DNA from: Octopus sinensis
Lineage: Eukaryota
NCBI RefSeq assembly: GCF_006345805.1
Contig: NC_042998.1
Location: forward strand, 163,184,001 to 163,248,000
DNA: 64,000 nucleotides
Reading direction: 5' to 3'
Positions within the stretch are counted from its first letter, which is position 1, and each line of letters begins with the position of its first letter. The position numbers and the translations under genes were made by a program. Positions 12,283-23,992 of this stretch are shown here, one piece after another. The notes under the pieces were generated by a model. That model saw only the letters and a program-made list of their open reading frames with translations. It ran no database searches and was not told the DNA's origin.

Positions 12283-12702
12283 TACTCTTACTCTTTACTC
12301 TTTTTTACTTGTTTCAGTCATTTGACTGCAGCCATGCTGGAGCACCGCCTTTAGTCGAGCAAATTGATCCTGGGACTTATTCTTGTAAGCCCAGTACTTA
12401 TTCTATCGGTCTCTTTTGCCGAACCGCTAAGTGACGGGGACGTAAACACACCAGCATCGGTTGTTAAGCAATGCTAGGGGTACAAACACAGACACACAAA
12501 CACACACACATACACATATATATATATATACATATATACGACAGGCTTCTTTCAGTTTCTGTCTACCAAATCCACTCACAAGGCATTGGTCAGCCCAAGG
12601 CTATAGCAGAAGACACTTGCCCAAGATGCCCCGCAGTGGGATTGAACCCGGAACCATGTGGTTGGTTAGCAAGCTACTTACCACGCAGCCACTCCTGCGC
12701 CT
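12283..12702 (-). mobile_element. SINE family A, young full-length copy
   Basis: Close to consensus with CpGs retained. Confidence 0.9.
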
Positions 12703-12854
12703 ATTTTTATATAAACTGTGATATATAAACAAGTGAAATGGCAAATATATATATATATACATATATATATAGTGAGAATTTACAAAAAATAAAAGACAAA
12801 GACGGGTGTGTAAACAACAAACGTGTATTAGTTTAATGCTCAGGAAGTGAGAAA

Positions 12855-12893
12855 GTCTTTTATGTTTTGAGCCTATGCTCTTTGACAGAAAGG
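12855..12893 (-). ncRNA. Heavily decayed hammerhead-like motif (copy 1 of duplication)
   Basis: CTTT-CTGTCAA-A-GAGC-ATAG-GCTC-AAAAC-ATA-AAAG. Stems I and II intact; core restorable by reversing CpG transitions, but position 6 is still non-canonical. Confidence 0.45.
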
Positions 12894-12946
12894 AACACAG
12901 AAATAAACGGAGAGAAAACAGAAAAAGGTTTAGTGGCTAGCGATAT

Positions 12947-12978
<32 letters not shown>

Positions 12979-13652
12979 CATTTATATCTATATACATATT
13001 TTTATGTATGCATGTGTGTATGTGTGTGTGTGTGTGTTTATACAAACACATGTTTACAGGAGATGTTGGTTCAATTCCCATGAAGCCTCAGACTTTTTCT
13101 CTTCAAATAACTTTTTAATCCGATATTTATATGCTATTATTTACAGTTATATACATTTTGGTATTTGTCTTTTCTTTTCTTTTCTTTTTTTCTTTTTTTT
13201 CTTTTGAAAAAGGAAAGGAAGTCAACTCACTGAAGATTTGATCAAAAATCTTGATCAAATCTCCTACAAGTTAACTTAGGATCTTTTGATGACAATGTAA
13301 CTTTCATTTAACTAAGGTATCTTCGGCCTGATGAGTAGCTAGTGGAGTACCCTTCATTGAGTAATTATTACTTCTGAGATTCTGCTAGCTAAGAAACATA
13401 TGTAACCTGGATTTTACCTGCTCCATTCCCTCTATTTCAATTTTTATATAAACTGTGATATATAAACAAGTGAAATGGCAAATAAATCACCTGAATAGAC
13501 ACATCAGCACCTGTGATGCACTACAAATATTTGTACAGTATCTCATTTGCAAGGTACCAGTGTATGATGGATTGAAAAAATCACCATGAAAGTAATTTCC
13601 ATTTTCATTTTCTCATGTCTTTACATATATGCGTGTATGTGTGTGTGTATAT

Positions 13653-14072
13653 ACTCTTACTCTTTACTCTTTTTTACTTGTTTCAGTCATTTGACTGCAG
13701 CCATGCTGGAGCACCGCCTTTAGTCGAGCAAATTGATCCTGGGACTTATTCTTTGTAAGCCCAGTACTTATTCTATCGGTCTCTTTTGCCGAACCGCTAA
13801 GTGACGGGGACGTAAACACACCAGCATCGGTTGTTAAGCAATGCTAGGGGTACAAACACAGACACACAAACACACACACATACACATATATATATATATA
13901 CATATATACGACAGGCTTCTTTCAGTTTCTGTCTACCAAATCCACTCACAAGGCATTGGTCAGCCCAAGGCTATAGCAGAAGACACTTGCCCAAGATGCC
14001 CCGCAGTGGGATTGAACCCGGAACCATGTGGTTGGTTAGCAAGCTACTTACCACGCAGCCACTCCTGCGCCT
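13653..14072 (-). mobile_element. SINE family A, duplicate of 12283-12702
   Basis: Identical except for one T. Confidence 0.9.
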
Positions 14073-14224
14073 ATTTTTATATAAACTGTGATATATAAAC
14101 AAGTGAAATGGCAAATATATATATATATACATATATATATAGTGAGAATTTACAAAAAATAAAAGACAAAGACGGGTGTGTAAACAACAAACGTGTATTA
14201 GTTTAATGCTCAGGAAGTGAGAAA

Positions 14225-14262
14225 GTCTTTTATGTTTGAGCCTATGCTCTTTGACAGAAAGG
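14225..14262 (-). ncRNA. Heavily decayed hammerhead-like motif (copy 2 of duplication)
   Basis: Same as 12855-12893 with one A fewer. Confidence 0.45.
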
Positions 14263-14350
14263 AACACAGAAATAAACGGAGAGACAAGGAGAAAAGAAAA
14301 CAGAAAAAGGTTTAGTGGCTATAGCGATAATATATATATATAATATATAT

Positions 14351-14430
<80 letters not shown>

Positions 14431-14924
14431 AGTTTTAACACAGTATGCTAATTAGTGGCTCCATTTCTCTCTAGCTACAACAATTGTTGTCTATATAAAT
14501 TTGGAGCTCATTTCTCTGGAGTTGGTCAAATAGATGTAAATACCTATGATGAGAACCCAATAAGGTTTGAAAATCAATTAAGGTTGTTCATCAATTAAGG
14601 TTGTTCATAATTTTTTTCAATCTATGGAGGGAAAACTAAATCAGCCCTGTTTATATTATCTACAATATATATTAAAGATAAATATAGCCAGTTTATGGGG
14701 TTAACCAGGGTCCCGTATGTGTTGTTCTCCAGGGATGGTATGGCTAGGTCATGGTAGAATGCTTTCCATTGCATTCACCTTATTAAGTTCATCATTTTTT
14801 CCAGCAGCATTCGAGGTACAGCTTGTTAGATGGTGTAGGGATGTTCTTAATGGAGTAGCTGAATTCAAAACTTGTGTTTCTTTTTCGATTTATGATTTAC
14901 TGATGATATATATATATGCGGGTT

Positions 14925-15720
14925 ACGACTAAACGCACGCACCCTATTAAGTAAGATTGTTCTGTTTATCAAGTTAGCCTTGATATTAACTCTCACGCGA
15001 CTCTGCATCTTTCTTTCTTCTCTCCATTCCCTTTTTCGTCTTTTCCCTCACTATTAACTGTCTTCCTCTCTCTCTCATTCTTCATTCTCTCTCTCCTTCA
15101 CACCATTCTTCATGGTCTCCTCGCACCATTCCCCTTCTTCTCTCTCTTCCTCTTGCTCCTCCTCCCCCATTCCCGTCGTCCATCTGCGACGATACTTCCG
15201 TCGTAACTGCTATCCTGTCTTTTCTCGCCCGCCTTCTAAGGCTACTGGTCGACATTTTTTCTCTCTCGTCGTCCACTTTAATCCAGCGTTTGCAATACTT
15301 TTTCGTCTGGCGTTAACAGCCCTTCTTATCTTGTTCTCCTGTCCTGTCTCTCACTGTTATATATTTATTTTTCCACTGTTTATATATATATTTTTTACTG
15401 TTTATATGTTTGTACTGTCGTTACCGTCTTGCTTTTTTTACCCCTCTGCGAAAAGATCTCAGATTTTAATTGATTTGCTTTTCGCGGGAAGGAAGTTTTT
15501 TTCGAAGTATACGTCTCGCTTTTATCCTTCGAAACGTTTAGTAGATGAAACCTTAGCGACTGAAGAAGGGATTTTTCGTTGTGCTTATTGTCCGTATCTC
15601 CTTTTTTGCTTGTCTTGTTCCTGGTTTGTGTCTATGTTTTTCGTCTCTCTATGTGTTCGACGTCTTTTTGGTGTCCTGTACACATATATGCGTGTATATG
15701 TACATGTAGAGGTAGGTACG
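14925..15720. promoter_or_regulatory. CpG-retaining island with CT/GA-rich tracts; candidate promoter or first non-coding exon
   Basis: Dozens of CpGs (e.g. CCCGTCGTCCATCTGCGACGATAC, TTTTCGCGGG) in an otherwise CpG-poor window. (CT)-rich runs. Plus-strand donor GAG|GTAGGT at 15710/15711. Confidence 0.45.
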
Positions 15721-15763
15721 TACATATATGTTTATATATATGCATATGTTCTATTTTATTAAC

Positions 15764-15814
<51 letters not shown>

Positions 15815-16789
15815 GCAGGTATATAATATACATTAGACATATATGTATGTGGGTATGTGTAAATGTATGAATGCAGTATAACTTACACACAAGTATGAAA
15901 TATGTCCAAACATCAGAAATGTTTTTTTTCACTCTTATGAAAAACTAAATAAAGTAAATCTGTGTTAAACTGTTAAATACAATTAATATAAACCATATAA
16001 AATGTGCTTTCCTTTTTTCTTTATTTTTGTGCATGAACACAGGTCTGTGTATGTAATCATTTATGTATGCATGTATGATTGAAGAAGATACACATATATA
16101 AAAAAAAAGAAACTCAGAGATGTAAAGGACAAATCAATACAAGTTTGAAGAGTGGATTATACATTTTTTTAAAGATGGAATTACATACATGTTGACTGTT
16201 TTTTTCATATTTTATTGATTTTTTTTTATAAAATAAAGTTAGTAAATGAGACAAGTTAGAATTCATATACAGTCTGAGCTTAAAAAATAGTTTAAATAGA
16301 CAAGTTAAGAATAAAAACCTTTTGAATATATCAGAATGTTATATCACTTTATCATTTTCATGTATGATAACAAAATACCATACTGTTTCCTTATGTTAAC
16401 TGAAGAAACTTCTTTGGCTTTTTCGAATATGGATAATTATTTTCTGTGATGGCTGGATTATTAGCCTTTAGGTGGTACAAAATTTTTAAGCAAATATTCT
16501 TATTTGTGATGACAAAATATAATAACTCTGAATGCTTGTTATAATAACTCTGAATGCTTTATAAGACAGCGTATTAATTTTTTCTGGAAGATAAAAATCA
16601 CAACCATCATTACTTTCTATGTGTTTTAGTATATTATAATATATTTCAGACAGTTTTGTAGTCCTTAAAACTTTTACTTTTCAGATATCAAGTGTATTTT
16701 GATAAGCTCGCATCCAAAGATATTTCTGGATTTCTGAATGAATGTAGTTGGTGATTAAATCATCCTTTAAATTCTCTTATAATTTATTT

Positions 16790-17100
16790 TGCAGCTATGT
16801 TTGAGCACTTCTATGAAGAATTTTAGTGAAGAAATTTACCCATTTTAAGCCTGCTACTTATTCTATCTGCATCTTTTGCTGAACTGCTGTCACAGGGATG
16901 CAAACACCAGTTGTCAAGTAGTGGTGGAAGTAAGACACAGACACGCACATGCACACACACATATTTACAACAAGCTTCTTTCAAATCCACTCAGAAAACT
17001 TTGGTTAACCCAAGGCAAAGCAGATTTTTCCTCAAGGTGCCATATTGTGAGACTGAATCTGGAACCATGTGGTTGGGAAGCAAACTTCTCACCACACAAC
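16790..17100 (-). mobile_element. SINE family A, diverged
   Basis: Homologous to 147-542. Confidence 0.7.
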
Positions 17101-17267
17101 CAGACCTGAAATTGCTGGCTTTGTGACAAAATTTGAACAGCTAGCACAAAATTATCAAATGTTAGCTTAAAATATAACAAAATTCTATTTTAATCTTCAG
17201 TCAAACAGACCCAGTTTAATACATGAGTTGTACATCCTCCTCCTCCTCCTCATCATCATCATCATCA

Positions 17268-17318
<51 letters not shown>

Positions 17319-18269
17319 TATTATTATTATTATTATTATCAAATAGTTTTTAATGCAATTCAGTACTAAAGATACAGCTGCTTGACATCGTAGAGTGCTA
17401 AATATACACGCAATATTGTTTTTAATAAATGCTATATCTTAATATCATTTATAGATATATGTGTATATGAGTGTGTAGCACATGAAGCATAATGTCATAT
17501 GAAGAAGATTGTAATATAATACATAACATTTATTTCCACATAATCATCAAACACATTCTAAATGGGTTTTATGAATGCATTAATTACTTGCCAACCATCT
17601 ATTTCTGTGATTTGAGGATTAGTTAAATGTTATATATTGACATCAACTAGTAATTTTTGCTTTCACATTTCTCCATAATAATTCTCTTCACTAAAAATGA
17701 AGATGTTTGATTAAGTTAATAACATTGAAGTTATAATTAATGCCATGGTACATAAACACAACATGGTTTGAGTTTAATACTTGTACAAAGCTCTAAATAA
17801 GTAGTGTTGTACTTTTTTGACAGGCTAACAGGAAAATATGTGATTTAGTAAATTAGTTGACATTGTGATTTTATGATGGTTACCATCCTAGTTTGATATC
17901 ATTATTTTATTACTAGTAGAGGCAGTAAATGGTGGAATCACTAAAGTGTTGTATTAGAGTATCTTGCAGTATTCAGTTATAAACTTTTACCTTCTCAGTT
18001 CAAATCCCTTGCATTTGATGTCTATCACTCCATTAACATCCTGTCAGTATATTACCGGTATAGAGTATATGTTGCCCTCTAAAATGATTCTGTGGTCCTG
18101 TTCCATTGTAAGAAATTATTATATTCTTGCTAACAAGGTTATATCACTAAAAACTGGAGTTTTTTTATGCTTTGTGCCATATACCTTGCAATGATGTCTC
18201 TTAATTTCTTTTTGGTATACGTTTAAAATTTCTTAGATTTCAGCTTACTGCAGAAAGAGCATCTACAGA

Positions 18270-18448
18270 TAATCCTTTCTGCTATAGGCACAAGGCCAGA
18301 AATTTTGGGTGAGGGGTAAGTTGATTAACTCAACCCTAATGTACCACTGCAAAGTTGGCCTCAAAAGTACTTGAACACAGAATATGAAGACAGCCAAAAC
18401 GCCACTAAGCTTTTTGCCCAGTTGCTAACAACTCTGCCAGCTCACCAC
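18270..18448 (-). mobile_element. SINE family B, internally deleted
   Basis: Reverse-complement similarity to 10702-10915. Confidence 0.65.
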
Positions 18449-18849
18449 ACCTAAACAGATAATGCTCACCGCATTTACAGATAATGCAGCATATATTAAT
18501 GGAAGATGTGCATATCATCTGCAAACTTTGCAGTGCACTTTACATTGGGGAAGACAAGTCAATCCCTTGCAACCAGAAAAAATAGAGAAAAAAAGATCAA
18601 TAACAATAAGTAATCTTTCTTTCTGGTTGCACCTACTTCAGATTGAGAGAAGCATGGCCTCATATATCCATAATATGTATTTTTCTGTTCTCTGCTATAT
18701 TGAGCAGCATGAGAAGTTGTTGATAATTTGCTTAATGGAAAAATGTACATATATGGAAATTTTCAACATCTGTTATTGTGTTTATTGCAGAACATTGATG
18801 AGGTGAAATGAATGATTCCATAACATTTCTACAATTATTACATAATTAT

Positions 18850-19199
18850 TACAACATGGTTCCGGGTTCAGTCCCACTGCGTGGTATCTTGGGCAAGTGT
18901 CTTCTGCTATAGCCCCAGGCCGACCAATGCCTTGTGAGTGGATTTGGTAAACGGAAACTGAAAGCCTGTCGCATATATGTATATATATATATGTATGTGT
19001 GTTTGTGTGTCTGTTTTTGTCCCCCTAGCATTGCTTGATAACCGATGTCGGTGTGTTTACGTCCCCATCACTTAGTGGTTTGGCAAAAGAGATTGATAGA
19101 ATAAGTACTGGGCTTATAAAGAATAAGTCCCGGGGTCAATTTACTCGACTAAAGGCGGTGCCGCAGCATGGCTGCAGTCAAATGACTGAAACAAGTAGA

Positions 19200-19201
<2 letters not shown>
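18850..19201 (+). mobile_element. SINE family A, 5'-truncated
   Basis: ACATGGTTCCGGGTTCAGTCCC...GACTGAAACAAGTAG then (GA)n. Confidence 0.9.
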
Positions 19202-19240
<39 letters not shown>

Positions 19241-19389
19241 TACCTAACCCCAAACTTCTTAGACTTATACACTTCCTACATACATTTAGAAAATTTAACA
19301 AAAATTGTCAGTTCCCTCACCCATGAAGAGTTCCAGTATAACACATGAGTAAAAAAGGAAAATTCTTTGCAGCGTTTACTTAATCCATT

Positions 19390-19920
19390 TATTTTTTGAT
19401 AAGATCCTTTTTATTTTAAATAAGGTTGCCTTTATTTTCGTTAATGTGTTATCTTTATTTTGATAAAGTAGTCTTTACATTTAATAATATATGTTTATTT
19501 CTGATAATGCTCTGTTTATTTTTCTTAACATGCTCTCTTTATTTTTGATAATGTGCAGGTTTTATTTTTGATAAGGTTGCCAATACTTTTGATAATATGC
19601 TGTCTTTATTTTTGATAATATTCCGTACTTTAGATAATGTGTTGTCTACATTCTTGTTAATGTTCTTTCTTTATTTATAATAATACTGTCTACATTTTTG
19701 ATAATGTACTTTCCAATTTTTTCATAATGCAGTTTTATTTTTGATAATGTACTTTCTCCATTTCTACTGCCTTTAATTTTGATAATGCACTCTCTTAGCA
19801 TGGGATATTGTACAACCAACATTTTTGTTAAATTGCTTTCTATTTTTCTCATAATGTTGTCAACACTTTTGATAATGAACTGATTGTATTTTTGATAATG
19901 TTGTCTATATTTTTGGTAAT
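19390..19920. repeat. Degenerate about 21-bp minisatellite with TTTTGATAAT core
   Basis: More than 15 recognisable units. Confidence 0.8.
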
Positions 19921-21371
19921 ACAGTCTAATCGTTCTTTAATTATTTTATAAGCCAGCAACATAATTATTTGTTATATGAAGTCGTCAATTTTTCTCCTGC
20001 CTTGTTATGGTTTTTAATTACCATTAACAAGTAGTTGAATTAGATATATCGTTAGCATTGTAACTATAGATTTCTACCATGATATCTACTCAGATTTCTA
20101 ACCACTATGATGATTACAGGTTTGAAATACACGAAGAAACAATAACTGTTATTATATTTGCACTCTACTAATTCTTGCTTTTCTTTGCATGGCAGACGCA
20201 ATGTTGTAATTCATCCATCAATGTAGTAATTTACTTACATGGAGAACAGAAACAGCAAACACAAAGACTTTATTTCCTTTTATTCTGCTCTTGTGTCATG
20301 CAGTGGTGGCAACATACCTGCCACCACAACAACTGTTATGTATGTTTGGCTGACAGCCATCATCCAGTTGCAATCTCACTTGTGGCATGGTCTGCTTAGC
20401 CTGAAACATCGATGACTCTTAACACCTGTCTGCTGTTAAAATTGCTCTAATTCTGTCTTTTCCCCTTTATTGTCAGTGGCGTCTTGGGAATATTCACACC
20501 TGACGATATATCAAAATGGAATTTTGATGATGATGTACCCAGGTGTTCAAGCTGCTTCAGCACAAAATGATGGTGTAAAGCAATAGTCAATTAGAAGGAA
20601 AGAAAAACCTAACGTTGTTTAAAGTGTTAGACGGAGAAATTAGCACCATATTAGTTACTATTAGGGATTGAAAGTGACCATTATGAGGCAATATAATCAG
20701 CAAGCTAAGCCAGCAGTTAAGGTGGTTTTATTTCTTTTGGTCAGCACGCTGGTTGCATTTAAGAGAGAAAATCCATCAGCTGTATTGGCGGCAATAAATG
20801 AAGCCACGTAACGCATTTGCAGTCCAAATTGATTTTCAGTTTGTTATCTTCCGCGGTTACTTTATCTTATCTTATTTATTTTCTTCCATTCCGATCTAAT
20901 CACAATGGAAAGGGTTTAAATTACTATAACATTTGCTATTGTACATGGTAGTGTGAGAGAATAGGAAAGAAAGAAGAGAAGTGTGAGTGAGTGAGAGAAA
21001 GAGAGAAGTATTTAGGGGTCATATTTTCGATGGGCTTAATTGACAAAATGCATGACACTCGTAAATGTTGAAAGATGTGAAATTTGTTTCCTTTCGTTAT
21101 GTTTTTGTTATTATCTTTTTCTCTTTTTGTTTCTGTCCTCTCCCTAGAGTCATGAAGTTGTTTAATAATACTTGATCTCATGTCAGCTTGTCTTGTAGCT
21201 GGGCTTGTTTCCATTATATTTCATTTTGCTGCTAGTTTTTGACTTCTAGCCAACATAGGAATGAATTCAACCCTTTATTATATAATATGCAAAAACAAAA
21301 CAACAATAAAACAACAGCAGCAGCAACAACAGTAGCAGCAATAGTCGGACGAGTAATAATAATATCGATTT

Positions 21372-21578
21372 ATAATTTTGGCAGAAAGCCACACATTTTG
21401 TGGGGGTGGGGAAGGGAGAAGGAAGAAGTGGATTTAATCAACCCCAGTACTTGCTTTAATACTTGTTTTATCAGCCCTAGAAGAATGAAAGGCAAAGTTG
21501 ACACAGCAGGATTTGAACTTAGAACTCAGTGGAACAAATGATTTAAAATTAATTTAGCCCAGCAACCCATCAATAATG

Positions 21579-21658
<80 letters not shown>

Positions 21659-21885
21659 TGTAGTAATCCTTTCTCTTATAGGCACAAAGCCTGCAATATT
21701 GTGGAGCAGGCTTGTCAATTACATTGACTCCAGTGCTTGACTGGTACTAATTTTATCGACCCTGAAAGGATGAATGGCAAAGTCAGCCTCGGTGAAATAT
21801 GAACTTAGAATGTATAGAACTGGAAGAAAATACTGATAAGCATTTTGTCCAGTATACTAATGATTCTACCAATCCACTGCCTTGA
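21372..21885 (-). mobile_element. Two SINE family B copies separated by (AAT)n
   Basis: 21372-21545 and 21665-21885 both contain ...GAAAGGATGAA.GGCAAAG... in reverse orientation. Confidence 0.75.
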
Positions 21886-22559
21886 AATAACAATTCTTTC
21901 TACTGTAGGCACGTGTGGGTGTTGAGCACATGATTGCAAAATAGCAGTTTCAATTCCAGGATTGGGCAGTGTGAGGTATTCTTTAGCAAAACATTTTATA
22001 TCACCTGGCTCTGTGATCAATTTATCATCTGAAATGTGACACACCATGCACCTGTACAGGTGTACAGGCTTTGTGAAGTGTGTGGCTTAGTGGTAAGGGT
22101 GCTGCATTCATGATTATAATACTTCTTTAGAGTATAATTCCATTCACTCTAACCAGTTTTGCCAGTCACCAACTTTTTCACAAATTCACGGGGAGAGAGA
22201 GCGTTTCCAACTAATTCCTCAGTTTCCTTTCTGAGGGAAACTTTTAAAAGTCAATGCAAGTTTGACCAAAGAGGAAGATGTCTTTCTTCCATCCCTTGTG
22301 TCGCATCAACCACATAACCTTCTTCACCATAGCCAATAACTAGGCAGATGATCACTGCTTGCCCAGCCTTGTTGAAGGTGAGTGGTAGGACAATCCTCAT
22401 GATATACTCAGCCAATATTCAGACTTGTCCTACACATGACAACAGCTGCCTAGCATAACTTTTCAAGTCAGCAATGCTTAGAAATTGCATTATGGTTTTG
22501 TTGTTCTGCATGTATCTTGGGCTGTCCTGCCTGGCATTACTTCCATAATTGTAGAACTC

Positions 22560-22900
22560 ATCTCAAACTTGCAGCGCTCCTTGGTAGTATTACTAGTCTC
22601 AGATTTGTGGAAGTTATCGATGATAATTCTCTGCCTTGAAAGCCCTCCAAAATGGACCAACTAATTTGTCTTTCAGTTCTATATTTAAGAGATGAGGAAT
22701 TATGTACATGATTTACATTAATTACATTTGACAGATATTTATTCTCGTCTTGTTTGTTGTTAGCACAACATTTTGGCTGATATACCCTCCAGCCCTCATC
22801 AGGTGTCTTGGGGAAATTTCGAGTTCGATTCCAAGCAGTGACCTGAATGAAGTGAACATACTCAAAAAGATGCTTAATGTTGGTTTGTAATGACAATGGT
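22560..22900 (-). mobile_element. Penelope-like terminal repeat fragment containing a hammerhead relic
   Basis: Contains GACACCTGATGAGGGCTGGAGGGTATATCAGCCAAAATGTTGTGC on the minus strand. Confidence 0.6.
22763..22808 (-). ncRNA. Degenerate minimal type-I hammerhead ribozyme (CUGAUGA core intact, GAAA lost)
   Basis: Stem I GACAC/GTGC. Core CTGATGA. Stem II GGCTG/CAGCC. AAAAT-GTT in place of GAAAC-GTT (two CpG-type changes). Confidence 0.65.
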
Positions 22901-23589
22901 TCACAAATGAACAGCCATAGGCTGACCAATGTCTTAAAAGTGGATTTTATAGATAAAATTTGTATAAAAGCCGGTCATACGTGTATGTGTATATCTATGA
23001 TGAAAGAACAAAAACATAAAAAAACATGACAAAAAGGGACAAATTTTCATAAAGGTGAAACTAGTTTCACACTTGAAAAAAAAAAGGAAAACAAAAAGGT
23101 CTTTGATGTTTTGAACAAAGTTCTTCATCAGAAAAAAAAAGAAAGAAAAACAAGAAGGGTGGTAGAAAGGTGAGATGAGTAAAAAGATAGGGACTGGGTA
23201 GGAATGCAGCTCTATGGGGGGGGGGTTAAGAAAAGAGGAAGAAGCTGGGAGTTGTATACATCTAAAGGAGAGAGTTTGTGTCATTGTCTTTGTGCTTCCA
23301 TCCTATCCCCATTGCTTAACATCCAGTGTTGTTTCATTTATGTTCCCATAACTTAATGGTTTGGTGAAAGAGACTGATAGAATTTAAAATTAAATACTGG
23401 GGGTGATTTGTTCACTTAATCCTTTCAAGGTGATACTCCAGTAGGCTGTAGTTGAATGACAGAAACAAATAAAAGACAAATGATGAGCCTTTCACCCTTT
23501 ACATGACTATTAAGTCTCCAGTTACGCCACCTTCTCCTCCATTACTCTCTCATTTATCACTCCCTCTTTCTCTTATTCACCATACAACA

Positions 23590-23992
23590 CTTCTTTTACT
23601 CTTTTACTTGTTTCAGTCATTTGACTGTGGCCATGCTGGAGCACTGCCTTTAGTCGAGGACTTATTCTTTGTAAGCCTAGTACTTATTCTATCGGTCTCT
23701 TTTGCCGAATCACTAAGATACGGAGATGTAACCACACCAGCATCGGTAGTCAAACGATGTTGGGGGAACAAACACAGACACACAAACATATACACACACA
23801 CATACATATATATATATATACATGTATACGATGGGCTTCTTTCAGTTTCCGTCTACCAAATCCACTCACAAGGATTTGGTCGGTCCGAGGCTATAGTAGA
23901 AGACACTTGCCCAAAGGGCCACACAATGGGACTGAACCTGGAACCATGTGGTTCATAAGCAAGCTACTTACCACACAGCCACTCCTACACCT
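23590..23992 (-). mobile_element. SINE family A, full length
   Basis: Homologous to 147-542. Confidence 0.9.

Larger units (their letters stand above)
11575..14335. repeat. About 1.37-kb tandem duplication, near identical
   Basis: Offset 1369-1371 throughout; junctions lie in (TA)n. Confidence 0.95.

Noticed and set aside
12461-14098. Repeated 85-86-aa ORF family (also 302, 23757, 25631, 39680)
   Set aside because: Chance ORFs inside SINE family A; not conserved in frame among copies.
15520-15575. Permuted hammerhead-like arrangement GAAAC-GTT...CTGAAGA in the CpG island
   Set aside because: Stem I cannot form and the stem II register is wrong.
15112-15762. 216-aa plus-strand ORF
   Set aside because: T/C-rich sequence lacks stop codons by composition; no domain; runs into (TA)n.
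18460-18555. Minus segment with a strong pyrimidine tract and GTGAGC donor
   Set aside because: Stops in all three frames; at most a non-coding exon.
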